Assembly (NCBI GenBank): GCA_965249555.1
Contig: OZ252243.1
Location: forward strand, 640,001-704,000
DNA length: 64,000 nucleotides
From: Nitrosopumilus sp.
GTDB lineage: Archaea > Thermoproteota > Nitrososphaeria > Nitrososphaerales > Nitrosopumilaceae
Direction: 5' to 3'
The notes beneath the pieces are model-generated. The model ran no database searches. It was not told where the DNA came from and saw nothing but the letters and a program-made list of their open reading frames with translations. The position numbers and the translations under genes are program-made. Positions 55,701 through 61,700 of the stretch are shown in pieces; position 1 is the stretch's first letter; each line of letters starts with the position of its first letter.

Positions 55701-58700
55701 CAGTTGAGGAATAAGTGATAGTGTAATCGCCTACTGTGCCAACATCAACAGTTCCAGATATGGTGATTGGAGAGCCATCATCAGTTGATACTCCATCAAG
55801 AAGTACCGGTGCAGGTGAGTCTAGTTCAAGGGTGATCTCTTCTGGAGTTACTGTGATTACCGGCGGCGTAACATCAGGTCCTACTGTTACAGTTTCAGTG
55901 ATTGTTCTGCTTTGTTCATTGTTGTCAGTTACGGTGTAAGTTACAGCATATTCTCCAGAAGCGTTGACATTGACTGTTTTGCCGCCAACCATACCAGGTG
56001 CAGTTCCTGAGATATCAAATGCATTGGCAATCGTACCTTGGGCGTATGTTCCGCCAAATGGCACTGTAGTGGAATAGTCATCTGTGTTACCATCAACATC
56101 AAAGGTTGGCGGTGTGGTATCAGATACGGTAATTACAATTGATTGTTGGTCCGGTGTGTTGCCTGCCGCATCATCTGGCGCATCATACAATACGGTGTAA
56201 ACTCCTATACTGCTGGTGTCAGGCGTATCACCAGAGGGTGTTGCCGTTTCAGAGTAATCTGGGTCATTATCAGTTACGGTGCCGCCTTGTTCTGTGTAGG
56301 TGTCAGTTGCAGTCAACTCTATTGTTGTATCAGATCCTGTTGGTGTGATTACTGGCGGCGTAACATCAGGTCCTACTGTTACAGTTTCAGTGATTGTTCT
56401 GCTTTGTTCATTGTTGTCAGTTACGGTGTAAGTTACAGCATATTCTCCAGAAGCGTTGACATTGACTGTTTTGCCGCCAACTGTACTGGATTTAATTCCT
56501 GAGATATCAGATGCATTGGCAATCGTACCTTGGGTGTATGTTCCGCCAAATGGCACTGTAGTGGAATAGTCATCTGTGTTACCATCAACATCAAAGGTTG
56601 GCGGTGTGGTATCAGATACGGTAATTACAATTGATTGTTGGTCCGGTGTGTTGCCTGCCGCATCATCTGGCGCATCATACAATACGGTGTAAACTCCTAT
56701 ACTGCTGGTGTCAGGCGTATCACCAGAGGGTGTTGCCGTTTCAGAGTAATCTGGGTCATTATCAGTTACGGTGCCGCCTTGTTCTGTGTAGGTGTCAGTT
56801 GCAGTCAACTCTATTGTTGTATCAGATCCTGTTGGTGTGATTACTGGTGGTATAGTGTCAAGTGTGATGAGTACTGCTGGTGATGGATCAGATGTGTTGA
56901 CTCCATCAGTTGCTCTTGCAGTAAATGAGTTGCCACCCTCATCTAGTTCAACTCCTGCAAATGAGAAATTCCCCGAATCATCGGCAGTTGTCGTACCAGC
57001 TGGTGTCACCCCATTGAATAGTTGTATAGTTGCCCCGGCCTCAGTTGAAGTACCATCAATTGTGATTGGTGTAGAGCCAACAGTTGCAGGTGGCGTGGTA
57101 ATTGCAGGAACTGGTGGCGGTGTGGTATCAGTTACTTTGTATGTTCTGGTTTTATCACCAGCCGGGTTTGTACCATCAGTTGAGGAATAAGTGATAGTGT
57201 AATCGCCTACTGTGCCAACATCAACAGTTCCAGATATGGTGATTGGGGAGCCATCATCAGTTGATACTCCATCAAGAAGTACCGGTGCAGGTGAGTCTAG
57301 TTCAAGGGTGATCTCTTCTGGAGTTACTGTGATTACCGGCGGCGTAACATCAGGTCCTACTGTTACAGTTTGAGTGATTGTTCTGCTTTGTTCATTGTTG
57401 TCAGTTACGGTGTAAGTTACAGCATATTCTCCAGAAGCGTTGACATTGACTGTTTTGCCGCCAACCATACCAGGTGCAGTTCCTGAGATATCAAATGCAT
57501 TGGCAATCGTACCTTGGGCGTATGTTCCGCCAAATGGCACTGTAGTGGAATAGTCATCTGTGTTACCATCAACATCAAAGGTTGGCGGTGTGGTATCAGA
57601 TACGGTAATTACAATTGATTGTTGGTCCGGTGTGTTGCCTGCCGCATCATCTGGCGCATCATACAATACGGTGTAAACTCCTATACTGCTGGTGTCAGGC
57701 GTATCACCAGAGGGTGTTGCCGTTTCAGAGTAATCTGGGTCATTATCAGTTACGGTGCCGCCTTGTTCTGTGTAGGTGTCAGTTGCAGTCAACTCTATTG
57801 TTGTATCAGATCCTGTTGGTGTGATTACTGGCGGCGTAACATCAGGTCCTACTGTTACAGTTTCAGTGATTGTTCTGCTTTGTTCATTGTTGTCAGTTAC
57901 GGTGTAAGTTACAGCATATTCTCCAGAAGCGTTGACATTGACTGTTTTGCCGCCAACTGTACTGGATTTAATTCCTGAGATATCAGATGCATTGGCAATC
58001 GTACCTTGGGTGTATGTTCCGCCAAATGGCACTGTAGTGGAATAGTCATCTGTGTTACCATCAACATCAAAGGTTGGCGGTGTGGTATCAGATACGGTAA
58101 TTACAATTGATTGTTGGTCCGGTGTGTTGCCTGCCGCATCATCTGGCGCATCATACAATACGGTGTAAACTCCTATACTGCTGGTGTCAGGCGTATCACC
58201 AGAGGGTGTTGCCGTTTCAGAGTAATCTGGGTCATTATCAGTTACGGTGCCGCCTTGTTCTGTGTAGGTGTCAGTTGCAGTCAACTCTATTGTTGTATCA
58301 GATCCTGTTGGTGTGATTACTGGTGCTGTAACATCAGGTCCTACTGTTACAGTTTCAGTGATTGTTCTGCTTTGTTCATTGTTGTCAGTTACGGTGTAAG
58401 TTACAGCATATTCTCCAGAAGCGTTGACATTGACTGTTTTGCCGCCAACCATACCAGGTGCAGTTCCTGAGATATCAAATGCATTGGCAATCGTACCTTG
58501 GGCGTATGTTCCGCCAAATGGCACTGTAGTGGAATAGTCATCTGTGTTACCATCAACATCAAAGGTTGGCGGTGTGGTATCAGATACGGTAATTACAATT
58601 GATTGTTGGTCCGGTGTGTTGCCTGCCGCATCATCTGGCGCATCATACAATACGGTGTAGACTCCTATACTACTGGTGTCAGGTGTATCACCAGAGGGTG

Positions 58701-61700
58701 TTGCCGTTTCAGAGTAATCTGGGTCATTATCAGTTACGGTGCCGCCTTGTTCTGTGTAGGTGTCAGTTGCAGTCAACTCTATTGTTGTATCAGATCCTGT
58801 TGGTGTGATTACTGGCGCTGTGGTGTCAAGTGTGATGAGTACTGCTGGTGATGGATCAGATGTGTTGACTCCATCAGATGCTCTTGCAGTAAATGAGTTG
58901 CCACCCTCATCTAGTTCAACTCCTGCAAATGAGAAATTCCCCGAATCATCGGCAGTTGTCGTACCAGCTGGTGTCACCCCATTGAATAGTTGTATAGTTG
59001 CCCCGGCCTCAGTTGAAGTACCATCAATTGTGATTGGTGTAGAGCCAACAGTTGCAGGTGGCGTGGTAATTGCAGGAACTGGTGGCGGTGTGGTATCAGT
59101 TACTTTGTATGTTCTGGTTTTATCACCAGCCGGGTTTGTACCATCAGTTGAGGAATAAGTGATAGTGTAATCGCCTACTGTGCCAACATCAACAGTTCCA
59201 GATATGGTGATTGGAGAGCCATCATCAGTTGATACTCCATCAAGAAGTACCGGTGCAGGTGAGTCTAGTTCAAGGGTGATCTCTTCTGGAGTTACTGTGA
59301 TTACCGGCGGCGTAACATCAGGTCCTACTGTTACAGTTTCAGTGATTGTTCTGCTTTGTTCATTGTTGTCAGTTACGGTGTAAGTTACAGCATATTCTCC
59401 AGAAGCGTTGACATTGACTGTTTTGCCGCCAACCATACCAGGTGCAGTTCCTGAGATATCAAATGCATTGGCAATCGTACCTTGGGCGTATGTTCCGCCA
59501 AATGGCACTGTAGTGGAATAGTCATCTGTGTTACCATCAACGTCAAAGGTTGGCGGTGTGGTATCAGATACGGTAATTACAATTGATTGTTGGTCCGGTG
59601 TGTTGCCTGCCGCATCATCTGGCGCATCATACAATACGGTGTAGACTCCTATACTACTGGTGTCAGGTGTATCACCAGAGGGTGTTGCCGTTTCAGAGTA
59701 ATCTGGGTCATTATCAGTTACGGTGCCGCCTTGTTCTGTGTAGGTGTCAGTTGCAGTCAACTCTATTGTTGTATCAGATCCTGTTGGTGTGATTACTGGC
59801 GGCGTAACATCAGGTCCTACTGTTACAGTTTCAGTGATTGTTCTGCTTTGTTCATTGTTGTCAGTTACGGTGTAAGTTACAGCATATTCTCCAGAAGCGT
59901 TGACATTGACTGTTTTGCCGCCAACTGTACTGGATTTAATTCCTGAGATATCAAATGCATTGGCAATCGTACCTTGGGCGTATGTTCCGCCAAATGGCAC
60001 TGTAGTGGAATAGTCATCTGTGTTACCATCAACGTCAAAGGTTGGCGGTGTGGTATCAGATACGGTAATTACAATTGATTGTTGGTCCGGTGTGTTGCCT
60101 GCCGCATCATCTGGCGCATCATACAATACGGTGTAGACTCCTATACTACTGGTGTCAGGTGTATCACCAGAGGGTGTTGCCGTTTCAGAGTAATCTGGGT
60201 CATTATCAGTTACGGTGCCGCCTTGTTCTGTGTAGGTGTCAGTTGCAGTCAACTCTATTGTTGTATCAGATCCTGTTGGTGTGATTACTGGCGCTGTGGT
60301 GTCAAGTGTGATGAGTACTGCTGGTGATGGATCAGATGTGTTGACTCCATCAGATGCTCTTGCAGTAAATGAGTTGCCACCCTCATCTAGTTCAACTCCT
60401 GCAAATGAGAAATTTCCCGAATCATCGGCAGTTGTCGTACCAGCTGGTGTCACCCCATTGAATAGTTGTATAGTTGCCCCGGCCTCAGTTGAAGTACCAT
60501 CAATTGTGATTGGTGTAGAGCCAACAGTTGCAGGTGGCGTGGTAATTGCAGGAACTGGTGGCGGTGTGGTATCAGTTACTTTGTATGTTCTGGTTTTATC
60601 ACCAGCCGGGTTTGTACCATCAGTTGAGGAATAAGTGATAGTGTAATCGCCTACTGTGCCAACATCAACAGTTCCAGATATGGTGATTGGAGAGCCATCA
60701 TCAGTTGATACTCCATCAAGAAGTACCGGTGCAGGTGAGTCTAGTTCAAGGGTGATCTCTTCTGGAGTTACTGTGATTACCGGCGGCGTAACATCAGGTC
60801 CTACTGTTACAGTTTCAGTGATTGTTCTGCTTTGTTCATTGTTGTCAGTTACGGTGTAAGTTACAGCATATTCTCCAGAAGCGTTGACATTGACTGTTTT
60901 GCCGCCAACCATACCAGGTGCAGTTCCTGAGATATCAAATGCATTGGCAATCGTACCTTGGGCGTATGTTCCGCCAAATGGCACTGTAGTGGAATAGTCA
61001 TCTGTGTTACCATCAACATCAAAGGTTGGCGGTGTGGTATCAGATACGGTAATTACAATTGATTGTTGGTCCGGTGTGTTGCCTGCCGCATCATCTGGCG
61101 CATCATACAATACGGTGTAAACTCCTATACTACTGGTGTCAGGTGTATCACCAGAGGGTGTTGCCGTTTCAGAGTAATCTGGGTCATTATCAGTTACGGT
61201 GCCGCCTTGTTCTGTGTAGGTGTCAGTTGCAGTCAACTCTATTGTTGTATCAGATCCTGTTGGTGTGATTACTGGTGCTGTAACATCAGGTCCTACTGTT
61301 ACAGTTTCAGTGATTGTTCTGCTTTGTTCATTGTTGTCAGTTACGGTGTAAGTTACAGCATATTCTCCAGAAGCGTTGACATTGACTGTTTTGCCGCCAA
61401 CTATACCAGGTGCAGTTCCTGAGATATCAAATGCATTGGCAATCATACCTTGGGTGTATGTTCCGCCAAATGACACTGTAGTGGAATAGTCATCTGTGTT
61501 ACCATCAACGTCAAAGGTTGGCGGTGTGGTATCAGATACGGTAATTACAATTGATTGTTGGTCCGGTGTGTTGCCTGCCGCATCATCTGGCGCATCATAC
61601 AATACGGTGTAGACTCCTATACTACTGGTGTCAGGTGTATCACCAGAGGGTGTTGCCGTTTCAGAGTAATCTGGGTCATTATCAGTTACGGTGCCGCCTT